Part shown: positions 28,566 to 42,984 of the stretch, piece by piece
Numbering within the stretch: position 1 is the first letter of the stretch
How the letters are laid out: every line of letters begins with the position of its first letter
Origin: Octopus vulgaris
Taxonomy: Eukaryota
NCBI GenBank assembly: GCA_951406725.2
Contig: OX597824.1
Coordinates: 6,014,001-6,078,000 of the forward strand
Direction of reading: 5' to 3'
Length of the DNA stretch: 64,000 nucleotides
The notes under the pieces: generated by a model
What the model saw: the letters and a program-made list of their open reading frames with translations, nothing else
What the model was told of the DNA's origin: nothing
Database searches by the model: none
Position numbers and translations under genes: made by a program

Positions 28566-28893
28566 CACGCAAGCATATAATTTGACTCCGTCTAAATTCT
28601 AACTTAAAATGTCGTGATTGACGTTTAACTTGTTTCCCTGTGCAATTTAGTTAAGTGTCATGCTTTTGTTGCTTTCGATTTAATCGATTACAGGGTTGGG
28701 GAATCTACGGAGATTAAACTAGCAATAATAACTGCTACTCATATAAGTCTGGAATTGAAAATTAATTCCCATAAAAGACAGGAAGGGTAGGTCGTTCATT
28801 TACACTCATTTCTAGTTCTAACAAACAGTTACAAATAGAAATATTTTCAGCGGTACATCGCACATTACATATACCAGACTAAGTCCTTATCTT

Positions 28894-28991
28894 CATCTTT
28901 GGCAAGTGTCTTCTGCTATAGCCTCGGGCCGACCAATGCCTTGTGAGTGGATTTGGTAGACGGAAACTGAATGAAGCCTGTCGTATATATG

Positions 28992-29032
<41 letters not shown>

Positions 29033-29237
29033 ATATGTTTGTGTGTTTGTCCCCCTAGCATTGCTTGACAACCAATGCTGGTGTATTTATGTCCCCGACA
29101 CTTAGCGGTTCGGCAAAAGAGACCGCTAGAATAAGTACTGGGCTTACAAAGAATAAATCCCGGGGTCGATTTGCTCGACTAAAGGCGGTGCTCCAGCATG
29201 GCCGCAGTCAAATGATTGAAACAAGTAAAAGAGTAAA
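28894..29237 (+). mobile_element. SINE family A, 5'-truncated
   Basis: Aligns from ttggcaagtg to the tail. Confidence 0.88.
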
Positions 29238-29289
29238 CAGTAAATGCCATTGATATACACTTTGATTAATTTGTTTTTAATTGTGACAC

Positions 29290-29490
29290 AACGCCAGTGA
29301 TTTTGAGGGGAGGGGGTTACGATATCATTCAATCCATGAAATGAATTGTACATTATTTTGTCGGCGCCCAAGGATGAAAAACTCAGTTGACTTTGTGGGA
29401 TTTGAACTCAGAACGCAAAGCGCTGAAATAGAAGATTTTAGACAACGTTTTGGTCGCGTCGCTCTAACGTTATCACCGATTCACTACCCT
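29290..29490 (-). mobile_element. SINE family B, old copy
   Basis: aggatgaaaa..gttgacttt..gatttgaactcagaacg..gctctaacg. Confidence 0.55.
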
Positions 29491-29771
29491 AAGCACTTCT
29501 TAATTAATAATACAGAATTTGACAATGGCAAATTCCTCCGGCACTGCAGCTGAGATGACGTTGGGAATAATAATTATATTGGAGAAACCATGTTGTGATT
29601 ATTGTGTTTTGTTTTAAATGACAGCATCTTATTCAATATTCCTGACTTCTTTATCTGAATATCCAACTAATGAATAAACCAGCGTGAGAGTTGTTTTCTC
29701 TTAACTCCATCTATTAAAAATAATGGTTAAATATCCTTTATATCAAATTTTAGCGTCTTAAGAAAAGTATA

Positions 29772-29966
29772 TATTTCTTTACTACCCATAAGGGGCTAAA
29801 CACAGAGGGGGCAAGCAAGGACAGACAAACGGATTAAGTCGATTACATCGACCTCAGTGAATTGGTACTTAATTTATCGACCCTGAAAGGATGAAAGGCA
29901 AAGTCGACCTCGGCGGAATTTGAACTCAGAACGTAACGGTAGACGAAATACTGCTACGCATTTCGC
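29772..29966 (-). mobile_element. SINE family B, 5'-truncated, with 15-bp TSD
   Basis: cttaagaaaagtata at 29757-29771 and 29967-29981. Confidence 0.92.
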
Positions 29967-30994
29967 CTTAAGAAAAGTATAGACTCGGAAATGCAGTCCC
30001 GGAAAGAAAAGAGTGATAGGTTCGTAGCAAAACAACCCTTGGTTATGGAATTGATTGATCAGAACTGATCAACACTTAAGGAACAATAGCAAGAACTATC
30101 AACTGTTTAGCGTTTAAGAAACCAGATTTGAATAGAGGTCTTGTAAAACTCTAATGTTAGAAACTGATTAACTCTTAACAAATAATTCTACTATTTCCTG
30201 ATGTGTGATGTAATATTTAGTGTGCGACAGAGCAAACTGATAATAATATTCTGCAGATTGTTATCTTAATGTTATCATGTAACTGCGTGTCAATCAAAGT
30301 GTGCAACAACTTTAAGCTTAATCAGATTGAAACAAAACTACAGCACTAACAGAGAAGTAGAATGGTGCAAAATGTTATCACGACACTTCCTCGAAGAGGT
30401 TCTCTGGGAATATTTGATACGACAGAGATAAAGAATTTTTCACATTGATTTCTCCACTAAAGACCCAACGTCGCCGGCCAATAAAGAGTTTAATTCAATT
30501 AAGAATGAACAGAAATGGCTGAAAAGGTAACAATACCGGTAGGCAGCCCCTGATCAATTAAATTATGAAAGGAAAACACGCAACACATTAACAGCTGCAT
30601 GTAAATGGAATTGGTTTGAAAGACATTCACAATGAAGCTTGGAAAAATCACTGGAATTCTATACTATCTTTCATCTTCTATATAAAAGTTTGAATTCTCT
30701 TTTTATTTCGGATCACGATCCGCCTCTTCAATATTCTGCTATTTACTTTCGTGGAGATAATATGGATATCTAAAACACATACAGACTATATGCAAATATA
30801 AACGATATGTATGTGTGACCTTCAAGATGCTACAAGCTTACATAGCGATGCCCGTACGTGCTAACACAGGAAAACATGTGAATGCCACATGTCCAATGCA
30901 GTTGAACATAGTCTCACGCATTTAACCTCACACAGTTTCCTACAACACACAAACGAATGAATGTTAGGAACATAACGAGGGCACACGTATGTAC

Positions 30995-31065
<71 letters not shown>

Positions 31066-31259
31066 TATATATAAATATATATACATATATATATGCATGT
31101 ATGTATTTATGTATGTATGTATGTATGTATGTATGTATGTATGTATGTATGTATGTACGTATGTAGGCAATCATACGCAAATGAACATTGGCACGTGCGT
31201 GCTCGCAGATTTGTATGTAAGTATGCATATATATATATGTATATACATATATATATATA

Positions 31260-31384
<125 letters not shown>

Positions 31385-32299
31385 TTATATATACATATTT
31401 GTGTGTGTATGTTCGTTTGTATGTAAGATTGTTTGTATTTGTGCGTGTGTTTGTATCTGTGTGCATGTGTGTGCGTGCATTTTGTATACGTAAACGTATA
31501 AATACTTATATACACACACGCACACACACATAAGTATATGTTTGTATGCATATATAATGCTTGTGTGGAGTGAGTGCATCAATGTGGATGAGTGTGGGAA
31601 TTTCTGTGTGTAATGGCTTTCGAAATTCATGGACTGTATCAGTAACTTCAGCGGGAATTGATAACCATCGCTTAATTTCTTCTGTAGAATATAATTCCTT
31701 ATTATACAATGGCAAACACTTCTCCTGCGGGAACCATTCTTCTTCTCTTCTCATTATCTATACAATCACGAACAAAACATTGCTTTTACTCTGGAGTATC
31801 TTTCATAGTTACTCAAAGACTTTAGCCAGCCACTATCTTCAAAGTGGAATATTTAAACAGGTAGTCTTTGGACTTTCATCGACTACGAGAAACGTTTATT
31901 TCACTGGAGTATTATTCTCCTTCCTATAGTAATACATATATATATATATATATATATATATTAGTTATATTCAATTAAAAAAAAATATTTTTCTTCAGTT
32001 TGAGTATCAATATTTTGTCATTCTAAAAGATAATCCATTAAAATATCACATTAATACGCTCCAAATTTTTAATAAAATAACTTCGTAAAATATCGTCATT
32101 TTCTTTCAGGCGTAATCATTATCTCACTCAATATCCTTAATACAATCTCAGACGTCGTTACTCGATTACATTCATCGAACTTCATGTGTCTATTATCTCG
32201 TTATTGTATCATTAATCACTGAAATTCTGTTCTCGCTTCTGTATCATCTCTCCAGAATAACTCGAGTACATTTTTAAAAAAAATTAAACATATTGTATA

Positions 32300-32750
32300 T
32301 AACAAATTTGTTGTTCTCTCAAACTTCGCTGTTCTATAAATGTTACCATAAGTTTTATGAAACGACTGTGTGTTTGAATGGAAGTTATGAAGCGGAAGTT
32401 GAAGAAAAAATTGCTGGATCTTGGTATATTCGTACAGTGTGGGGTACATATTCTGAGGTTCATTGTGGGACACTCTCAGGTTTTCTGGACAAAGTTTCCA
32501 GAAATAACCCATTAATATTGTGAAATATTCACGGGACACGCTAGTATTGATAATAGTAGAGCTGCGGGGTACTCTGTATAGGGTAGTATGTTTGGTGTCT
32601 GGCACCTGCACCTTGTCACAAATTGTCAGGTGGCCAAGCAACATTCGTCCTCATTCAACATCTAATCTCTTACGTGTTTCATGTCCCTGGTGCTCCACTT
32701 CTGTTGTGAGCAAAATCGAGTGAAGGAAGGAAAGTTGTTAACTGTTAGAC
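32300..32750 (-). mobile_element. Possible degenerate LINE APE endonuclease remnant
   Basis: TLYRVP..FTILMGYF resembles the YRPP..ILMGDFN motifs. Confidence 0.3.
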
Positions 32751-33239
32751 GAAAGAGTCGGGGCAAGGCTTCCCAACAAGGAGTCACCAGCTAAGGTAGA
32801 GGGACCTGCCCAGGTCACTGGGCTAAGATGTGCCTCAGGTAGGCGCATACGGTTATGATAAACAGTGCAGAACGGAATGGGCACTGTCACGCTTAATTTT
32901 TCATTATATATTCATGATGACAACAACACCAGAATCCATACGGGACCCGTAGTCGCATAAGTTAAAATCAAAGAGTGGAGAAATCTCCATTTCGCCGACT
33001 CACGGAGATCAATAGAAAACTGAGAAGTGGCAACAATTGCGACGTCATCATTGTGTGACCCACACCAACGTCCATATTAAGAGATAAAAAGGAAAGAAAG
33101 AGGGAAGGAAGGTATAATAATAAAGCTTACCCACAAGACTCGAAATTTGTATTAAAGTAATGCAACAAAAATAATAATAATAATCCTTTCTACTGTAGGT
33201 AGAAAGGATTATTTGCAGTTAATTTTATTTTTTTGCAGC

Positions 33240-33486
33240 AGCAGTTGGCGCATTTCCTTCAACCTGATCAATCTGGTAGGTATCTGAGAGATCAGTATTG
33301 AATTTTTTGCTCTCTTTCAGAATAGAGTGAATTTTTTTTTCAGTCTTTCATGTTTTTCAACAAGTTTTAACATCCAATTGTTGGTTGTTTCAAGTTATTT
33401 GGCCAGTCCGATTGTGGTAATGTTGTACGTAAGTTCAAGCTGGATCAAACCTCGACCTCCCTCAGCCCTGGGAATGTAAGGTAAGG

Positions 33487-33487
<1 letters not shown>
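33240..33487 (-). mobile_element. R4/Dong-type LINE fragment abutting (TTA)n 33488-33673
   Basis: YIPRAEGGRGLIQLELTYNITTIGLAK*LE, homologous to RLYLPRKEGGRG at ~51200. Confidence 0.8.
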
Positions 33488-33565
<78 letters not shown>

Positions 33566-33605
33566 CATCATTATCTTTATTATTATTATTATTATTATTA
33601 TTATC

Positions 33606-33673
<68 letters not shown>

Positions 33674-35190
33674 CGATGGTGGAGGACATACTTAAATATA
33701 AAAATAAACTGCATTGGAATTTTCCAATATTTTGTAAATTTCCAATTTTAATTGGTTGCTAATATTACGCAATTTGAAAAGAATTTAGTTTGCATACATA
33801 TTCATTTATGATATCCAAGATCGCACTAATTCCTTGATGCGATTCTCGTTTAGGTGGATCGATTTCTTCCTGATCCATTACACCAATAAATTATCATATT
33901 TGTATGAAAATCACGATGTATAATTCTTATCGAATGAAAGGTTCGCATGGATTTAAACAAATAAATCACATTGTTATATACACTCTGAAATGTTAAATGC
34001 AAAGATTCAACAAGAAAAAGAAATAATTCAGGAAAGTGAATATTGTATAAATATTATTTTTATTGCATGTGTAAGAAACTTTTAAAGAGAGAAAAAGTTT
34101 AATGATAACACGCTTAAAGTGTTCTGGCATTAAAAGACTATAATTAATAAAACTTATATAATTATCACCCATAAACTACTTTATATACAAAACTTGTTAA
34201 CCAAATATGAGTATATTTTCTAATAAAAGTGTCAGTTTTATGGATAGATTTTCAAAACGATTAAATGTTCCACGTGAAAATTATCGTTTGCTTTTTTTTT
34301 TTTGTAACTTTTAAATATTATTTCTTTAATACTACAATACGTTATAGATTATCAATAAATTCTTCATATGAACAATATTTTATGTTTTTCATTATCTAAA
34401 TAGGATATAAAAATATTTATTGAATAATATATAATATTTTATTTGTTTACATTTAATGCACATATAACAATCGCACTCAAAGCGATGCATTGTTAGGTAA
34501 ACGAAAAATGAATCCAGTGATGTTGCTTTACAAACAGAACATAGATATGACGCTGATCTTTCGGTTACACTCGTATAACGCCCTTTCTTTATAATATCAA
34601 ATTAATCAGAACTGCTTCTCTTTAATCTAATACAATATATAGAATACTAGTTACCTTTGGAATTCAGAATAGATGAATCAAACTGACTTTCGTGTTCACG
34701 CTGTCGTTAATGTTACCGCTCGATCCTGGTGAAACCTATCCCGGCTTATCTGCGATCAAAGTCCTACAGCTAAGAACATTTTGTTTAAAACTGCGTATTT
34801 TTTCCCTATTGAAGGCGAGCATGAAGAGGATTTCACTGCCTACAACGATTTTATAATAGAAACTTCTTTTAAGGTGTTATAAACTAAAACCTTCCATCAC
34901 TATTTTGTGTTGATTTATGTTCTAAATACTAGATTGATAATGACCAAGTTATTTTAATAATTTCTTCAGTATTTTCAAAATTATTTGAAACAATGGCGTT
35001 ATATTTCAACAGGAATATGATAATAAAAGTGTGAAACACGTAATCGAAACATCTAAGTGGGTGAATAGCGTTTGACCTAGTCGGTGAAATGACGCGTTTC
35101 TGTTGCTACGCTGCAGTCAAACTGTATTAAACTGTAAAGAGATTCCACCATTAGATGGCGTCCATGTTTTAAACAGCAATGTAGTTTATA

Positions 35191-35580
35191 CCAGCAGTAT
35201 CGCCCGGCGTTGCTCGGGTTTGTTTCGACTCTTTAGAATTGGAATTTTTGAAAAGTAAAAACTTTGCATTATGTAGCTTGTTATTCTCTTTAAGTGAACA
35301 TTTTTCTGGTTGAAATACACCGAAAAATGGCGACACGGCAGTCAAAAAATCATAAAAAATAGGGATTTTCATAGAAAAAAAGCACCTTTTTGACGTAAAT
35401 AATGTTTGGTGTTAACATGGTCCGATTTGAATTTTTTCTTCTATGGAAGTAAGACCAAGCCTTCTATCATACTCTTAATTGTGGTCAACGTGCGCCAGAG
35501 GGTCTCGGAGGAGATGGTGTTAATTGAAGGCTACCAAACCTGTCATACACAGACAACTTCGGCTTTATATATAATGGAGA
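35191..35580 (-). mobile_element. Non-autonomous Helitron, second subfamily
   Basis: Shares the 3' hairpin end (cccgagcaacgccgggcgatactgct) with 59723-60104; 5' TC; different interior; ends CTGG. Confidence 0.75.
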
Positions 35581-37398
35581 TTTCACGAGAGCTACTCGGC
35601 GTACAAAGCCAGCTTTCTATTTAAACAAGTTGAATGGTCCCTTTACTCAATTGTATTGACCAATCGAGAAATGATGGATGGCTCGGTAGAGGAAAGGTCA
35701 TGAAATTCATTCTATTTACTATGTGTATTTGTATCTGACAAAACAATGCTGCATCAACTATTAGGTTTCCCTTGTACATCAGATACTAAATAATTATAGA
35801 GCTAACACTTCGAGCAACGTCTGTTATTTAGAATGAATTTCTCGTCGGTTATTTGTTTGTATTAGAATCTATAGTAACTGCGAGATGTTAATAATTATAT
35901 CAAATTTATTGCCGTTGTTCTTTGAGTGTTTCATGGATGGAAGCATTAATATTTTTCTTTGATTTTTAATTTAGATTATTAAAATGCTTCCATAGTCTTG
36001 TTCCAGATATATCATTGCCTATTAGCACATGAGCAGTTTATATCAGAATTTTTGCCTTTTAAACATAATGAAACACGAATATTTGCTCTCAAACTTATTG
36101 TCTAGTTGTGTGAATATTACCAGCTGCATATTATTAAGCCTGTGGTGCACAATGCTGCATTGCATAGTTGTACATTGACACAATAGTTATAGTTTCACTT
36201 TCACTTCCAGTATTCAATTATCCTTGCATTTTATCTTTTATTTATTAAATATTATTCAGTTGAAAACGTATGGAACATTTGATTCCAAATAAAGTGAGTA
36301 AGAATTGTCCGACAATTACCCATGAATGGCATTTGATCAGTTCGGAATAGAAATTGTTTAAAATGTTCTAGAACTTTTATTTGTAAAAGAGCATTCAGTG
36401 AATTTCAAAGTTAGCTCTGAATAAAGTCAGCTTTGTTTTCTCGATATTTTCATTTGTTAATATCCAATTTTCTTCAATCCTTTTCTCTATTCACAGAATC
36501 GTTACAGTAAGCATTGAAATTGTTCAGAAAAAAATGATTATTATCTAGTGCTAGCGAGCTAGACATATGGGCTGCTGGTAAATTTACATGCTGTCAAATT
36601 ACGAACACAATGTGAATTATAGTAATTTCATACTGAGGAATTATATGCCAAAAATGGCAGAACTGTGTGAGAGAGATGCATCTAGTGTAAATATTAAGAA
36701 TATAATATTAAATTATTTTCTTCTATTATTAAGATAACCAAATTAGAAATATTTACATTGAAGTTCATTTTTCAATTCATGATTGATGAAATAATGTCTA
36801 AAGATATTCATTTTTCTTACTTTGACGTTGAATATTAGTTTTATTGTGAACTACTTTCCATAGTTTCTCATATATTAAATGACAACTTCACAGTTATCAA
36901 TCACCATTGCACAGCCTTTGTAGGCTGGTTATACTTATCTCAATAACTGTTGCACACTTATCAGTTATATATATGAGCGATCAAACTGCCAGTTTGGTAT
37001 TTTACAATACATATCTTACAATGAAACTTATCTATTTCATAATATTTGTATATTTATTACCTTATTTTGTTCATTCATCAGTTACATTCTCCGGTGTTGC
37101 TACGATTTTCATTGTTCAATTTCTCATTCCAAGAAAATTATTTGTTGAAAATGAGTTAAAATAACTCGCATAATGATACAACTTCTGCAGTAGTATGACG
37201 CAAAAGCCATTTGGTTGTCCATTTGAGCATAACCAGCATTTTAATGAAATATCTTCGTTCTATTGATCGGAGTATTGCATTTTTAGAGAGCCATTATAAC
37301 GGACGAAACTGATCGTCCGAATTACAAGTGCATTAACACACAACACAAACAGACACCCACACAAACACACACACACACACACATACAAACACACACAC

Positions 37399-37430
<32 letters not shown>

Positions 37431-37435
37431 GTAGG

Positions 37436-37484
<49 letters not shown>

Positions 37485-38790
37485 AGGCGTAAAACCTACT
37501 GGGTTCTATGATAAACGAATCAATGTAGAGTGTTTACAGGCGATGATGCTATTAAAGCTACGTTTATATTTTAACTGAATACAGTCCAGATGTTGACAAT
37601 GTTTTGCCTTAGGCTAATCGAATATCTTATACTTTAATAATTAAATAACAGTTAATACAATGAATAAATTATGAACATAGCATTCATTTTTTACGCTTCT
37701 TTCTCTATCCAAAGGAATGTTTAGAGATATGCTTTAAACTGTGTAGGTTCGATTAGAATCTAATTCCGTCCTGGTGTACAAACTTCTTTAAGCAAGGCGG
37801 AAATCGTTTGGGACCGTTCGTGATTTGCATTATATGGTCTTAAATATTCAGGGCTATGATTTTAACGAAGGTACGATATCTATTTAATCTGCTGCCAACT
37901 GTCGAAATAGGTTGTTGACATACTTGATCTCCTGCGCAGTTCAACACAACCACTTTGACCTTCGAGGCTTTGAAACTGCTTCACTTATCTCTTTAAGCAT
38001 TCAGTTCATTCTGTTATATTGATAACATTCCTAAACTTTTCTAAATGTTACAGGGGGCCTCAAAAATTAATAAAACTCATAAGTTCTGCACTTCTTTCAA
38101 ATATTACCCCTTAAAATAAAATTAGTGTCAGAATTTGTTATTTATAACTATTTCAAGTCGTACAAAATCATCCGCAGACACTGTACTAAAAGTAATTGGT
38201 ATATTTATGATAGTCAGGTCAATGTGTTTAACAGATATTGTTTTGAATCTACATAGTTATTTCTACTGAATACAACTCATAGAATGTAAACGTTGGTTTC
38301 AGAATTTACTTAGTTTTGTCTTAAGCTTCTGATAGTAATTCTGGAAAACTAGGCAAGCAATCGTATCTGCTATTTTGAGTATCATGTATTTTGTATTGCA
38401 GTAAGTTTTATTCCAAATAGTGAATACTTAGCAATTTCATCGGGAAGAAATTATTTAGTTGTTAAGATACTTTTATTGTTTGATATTCCAGAGATTTGGT
38501 GTGAATATTTGTATATTTATGGATATATAAACATTGATATTATTGCTGAAACTTAGATATCAGTTGATACACAAACCACCTGTCTCTGAGAATTTAATAT
38601 AAAGTAGTATATATAGAAATGATACGTGCTTTTAAGAATGTATATGCTGCTTTTGTATCAACATTCCATTCACAGACATTTATATTCCTTACAAGGCTGT
38701 CGAAACATTTCAATATTTGTAAAACATGAACGACACACTTATGTTAGAAAAGTAATCACAAAGCTAAGTATATCTTTATAATTGGATATA

Positions 38791-39004
38791 CATGAATCCC
38801 TCGACTATCGCAGGTGATACGTTCCATAACCTCACGCGATAGGTGAATATCCGCGAACTAGAAGCAGCACTGTAGTTCTTAATTATGTTTATAATTTGTA
38901 TATATTTATTTTATTATCAATGCAAAACAACATCACGGAGGAATGGACGTAAGCTTAAATAATTAACATCGATAGGCGAACCGCGTTATACCGTAGATTT
39001 AATG
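38791..39004. mobile_element. pogo/Tigger-like MITE
   Basis: TA-flanked imperfect TIRs catgaatccctcgactatcgcagg / ccgcgttataccgtagatttaatg. Confidence 0.65.
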
Positions 39005-39314
39005 TACTCAAAATAGAGGAGTACAATGTCGTGTAGACTTTAATTTTCCTAAAGGAAGCTTTTAGACACGATTATCCTGATGTATTCTTTTGTATTTTAT
39101 TATTAATACGATTGATACGAATAATACTGCTGCGATATTTTATCAAGAAAATAAATAGAATATTATTCTTAGAACATGAGGTGCTTAAGAGTAGAGCAGC
39201 TACAAAAAATGGACAGCTATACACAGAAATATAAGATACACATACGTTTACTTAGCCAGATATATACGTGCAGGCATGTTTTTATGTACATATATAGAGA
39301 TTTACCGTCAGTAA

Positions 39315-39316
<2 letters not shown>

Positions 39317-39345
<29 letters not shown>

Positions 39346-39620
39346 TGTATGTATGTATGTATGTATGTATGTATGTATGTTTGTATGTATGTATGTATGT
39401 ATGTATGTTTGTATGTATGTATGTATGTATGTTTGTATGTATGTGTATGTATATATGTATGTTTGAATGTATGTTTGTATGTATGTATGTATGTATGTAT
39501 GTATGTTTGTATGTATGTATGTATGTTTGTATGTATGTATGTATGTGTATGTATATATGTATGTGTATGTATATATGTATGTTTGTATGTATGTGTATGT
39601 ATGTATGTATGTGTGTGTGC
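39317..39620. repeat. (TATG)n microsatellite
   Basis: Direct reading. Confidence 0.95.
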
Positions 39621-39915
39621 ACGCAAATATATATTTCCGTTTTCATTCTATATTACAGAAATACACTGCCGTAACTTGTTCCGGTGCGGGCTGACATGCT
39701 CGTTGACAGATCACTACTAGGTTTTCCTACCAACTTAGTTCATTTTCGCTATTTTAGACTCAAAGTACAGTAACGTGAATTTAGGACAGCGGGTAGCAGT
39801 GCATCAACTGTAAACAATTTACAGTTGATGCAGCGTTTGCTTATAGAAGGCAGTGTTTTCTGCGTGTTATATGCTTATATTTATATCCATTCACACCCTC
39901 ACGCACACGCACACG

Positions 39916-39945
<30 letters not shown>

Positions 39946-39946
<1 letters not shown>

Positions 39947-40362
39947 CTTTTATATCTTTTATACTTTTATACATGTTTCAGTCATTTGACTGTGGCCATG
40001 CTGGAGCACCGCCTTTTAATCGACAACTCGACCCCGGGACTTATTCTTTTGTAAGCCCAGTACTTTTTCTATCGGTCTCTTTTGCCAAACCGCTAATTAA
40101 CGGGGACATAAACACACCAGCATCGGTTGTCAAGCAATGCTAGGGGACAAACACAGACACACACACACACACACACGCATATATATATATACATATATAC
40201 GACGGGATTCTTTCAGTTTTCGTCTACCAAATCCACACACAAGGCTTTGGTCGGCCCGAGGCTATAGTAGAAGACACTTGCCCATGGTGCCACGCAGTGG
40301 GACTGAACCCGGAACCATGTGATTGGTAGACAAGCTACTTACCACACAGCCACTCCTGCGCC
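39946..40362 (-). mobile_element. SINE family A, full length
   Basis: Reverse complement of 9761-10170. Confidence 0.9.
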
Positions 40363-40540
40363 TATATATAGTTATTTCTTATATGCAGCACTTCGAACAT
40401 ACAGAACAAAAACCCTTTTGGCTTGGTTGAACTTAAGGAGAGAGAGACAGGTGGACAGACAGAAGAGACAGCGAGAGGGGAAAAGAAACGTGTGAGCAAA
40501 CATGGGCAACTATAAACGGAGAGAATTATACTAGAATAGT

Positions 40541-40712
40541 GGCATTCCGTCGGTTACGACGAGGGTTCCAGTTGATCCGATATACGGTCAGTCTGCCTGT
40601 GGAATAACGTGTAAGTGGCTGAGTACTCCACAGTCACGTGTACCCTTAGCGTAGTTCTCGGGGCGATGCAACGTGCCACAGTGTGTGACAAGGCTGGCCC
40701 TTTGAAATACAA
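40541..40712 (-). mobile_element. SINE family C, 3' fragment
   Basis: Similar to 2791-2970. Confidence 0.65.
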
Positions 40713-41009
40713 GAAGAAAGAGTGAAGGAAAGTTGAAGTGAAAGAGTACAGCAGGGTTCTCCACTATTCGGCATGAGGCCTGTAGAATAAGTCCCAGGCT
40801 TAAAACGGAGAAGTACGAGGAACGATTTTTTCTGCTACACACTTCAAGTCGGTGCCCCAACACGGCTGCAGTAGAGTTCGAGATATTATATATAAAAGTA
40901 TGAAAAGAATGACAAATCAGGAAAAAATGAAATTAGAATGATGAAAAGGTAGCAAGTTACTTCATGTAATGAAATGAAATGAGAAATGATAAAAGGCATG
41001 CTAGATCTA

Positions 41010-41596
41010 CATATTTGATCCGACGGTCATTCGGGATGCTCACAGCAGCCATATTCCTACTGCACTATGTCACGCTGGTGAGATCCATATTGGAGTACGG
41101 GATTCAAGCCTCTTCTCCTTATCTCCTCAAAGACATACATCATCTCGAAAGAGTCCAGAAGCTGGCTACCCGCATGGTTCTTGGTCTCAAGAATTTGTCT
41201 TATGAAGAAAGGCTGAAGTCGCTCGACCTTTATTCTCTAGAAAAACGACGACGCCGTGGTGATCTCATTCTTGCTCACAACATCATAAGTGTAACCTCTC
41301 GAAAGAGCTGTTCTTCACTCCTGCTCCAGAGCGTCGGCTGCGGGATCGCTCCGAAAAGCTCTATCTGCGATGATTTCGTCTCAATCGAAGGAGAGGGGTT
41401 TTCTCCGTCCGGGTTGCGGATCCGTGGAATAAGCTGCCGGACGAGATAGTGAAGATGCCGACGACCACTCGGTTCAAAGTCTCTCTTGACCAGAAATGGC
41501 CAGAACTCTTTGCATGAACACCCTCCCTGTACATAACTCCATGTCTCTCTACATGGCCTTGCTTTTTGAGCCAAAAAATTAACTTAACTTAACTTA
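41010..41596 (+). mobile_element. CR1-type LINE 3' end with (AACTT)n tail
   Basis: YVTLVRSILEYGIQASSPYLLKDIHHLERVQKLATRMV..LKSLDLYSLEKRRRRGDLI; frameshift near 41290; aacttaacttaactta tail. Confidence 0.9.
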
Positions 41597-42424
41597 TATT
41601 TAAAAATGGAGACAGGTGACAGAAGTTTAGCAAACATTGTTATACGATTTTATTAAATATTGGTAATGACGTCAATTTTTATATAACACGGATAGAGTTA
41701 TACGAATGCGTAGGAGAGAATATTAGGTTGGTGTGAACAGAAAATTTATGTTATATAGAGAAAATAGATTGAGATGTTATGTAGAGGGCGTGGATAAGAC
41801 ATTATGTAGTAGAAAGACAACAGACACAAAAACACACAACACTCTGACTCAAATTTACAGATGAAATATTATTCAAAACGCTTGCGAACATGAAATGTTA
41901 CATAAGTTGGAAAAAATTGAGAATATAGTCTTAAATAATCAAGGATAAATATATTTGAGTATGAAAACTAAGGATGTTTTACCCAGAATGAGATAGTGTG
42001 TAAACTTATTTAACGTGGGGACATATTGACAGTTTCTATGTCAAGAGAAAAGCCGAGAAAGATCACTGCAGGACGCCTTTAAGTGTGGTATGATGTCACG
42101 GTAGTAGCTTCTGATAAACAATGGCAGTAGAATAAGTACATCGATCTAAAGCCAATAGGTAAAGCGAATTTCTTGTGGGTTGATGATGACGTATTCAAGT
42201 GTTACTTGTTTCCGGATGACCTCTCATGCGATGCTAGATTGCTAGACTGTATACCTAAGTAAAAGAGACAGAAAGGGTAACGTCTACATTTTATAGGTTA
42301 TGTATATCTATTTCTTGTAAACGTTATTTTAATCTTATTAAAATAAAATGTAGCCCCTCATCGAGACATCAGATCTCCAAGGTCATTCTTTAGTAAACCA
42401 AGAGCAGGAGACAGACAGATAGAC

Positions 42425-42468
<44 letters not shown>

Positions 42469-42566
42469 ATGAAATAATAAATAAAAAAAGCGCCTAAACT
42501 CCGTCATGTGACAAATTGTCGAATATGAAACATTCTGTTGGAAATACAAAGTTTATGGTCGCTCTC

Positions 42567-42984
42567 TGGTAAGTAGCTTGCTTACCAGCCACATAGTTCC
42601 GGGTTCAGTCCCACAGCGTGGCACCTTGGGCAAGTGTGTTCTACTATAGCCTCGGACCGACCAAAGCCTTGTGAGTGGATTTGATAGACAGAAACTGAAA
42701 AACGCCCGTCGTATATATGTATATATGTATATATGTGTGTGTGCGTATATATGAATATATGTGTGTGTGCGTGTGTGTGTTTGTTTCTGTGTCTGTCCCT
42801 CCAACATCGCTTGACAACCGATGCTGGTGTGTTTGCGTCCCCGTAACTTAGCGGTTCGACAGAAGAGACCGCTAGAATAAGTACTAGGCTTACAAAAGAT
42901 AAGTCCTGGGGTCGATTTGTTCGACTAAAGGCGGTGCTCCAGCATGGCCGCAGTCAAATGACTGAAACAAGTAAAAGAGTAAAT
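42567..42984 (+). mobile_element. SINE family A, nearly full length
   Basis: Aligns with 9780-10170. Confidence 0.9.

Noticed and set aside
30460-30530. Possible small exon (AG..AAG|GTAAC)
   Set aside because: Splice-like dinucleotides alone are not evidence
31506-31754. 82-aa minus-strand ORF MRREEEWF..
   Set aside because: No recognisable motif and it runs into microsatellite
36150-37300. Possible hAT transposase remnant on the minus strand
   Set aside because: Only vague similarity by eye; no TIRs or reliable motif
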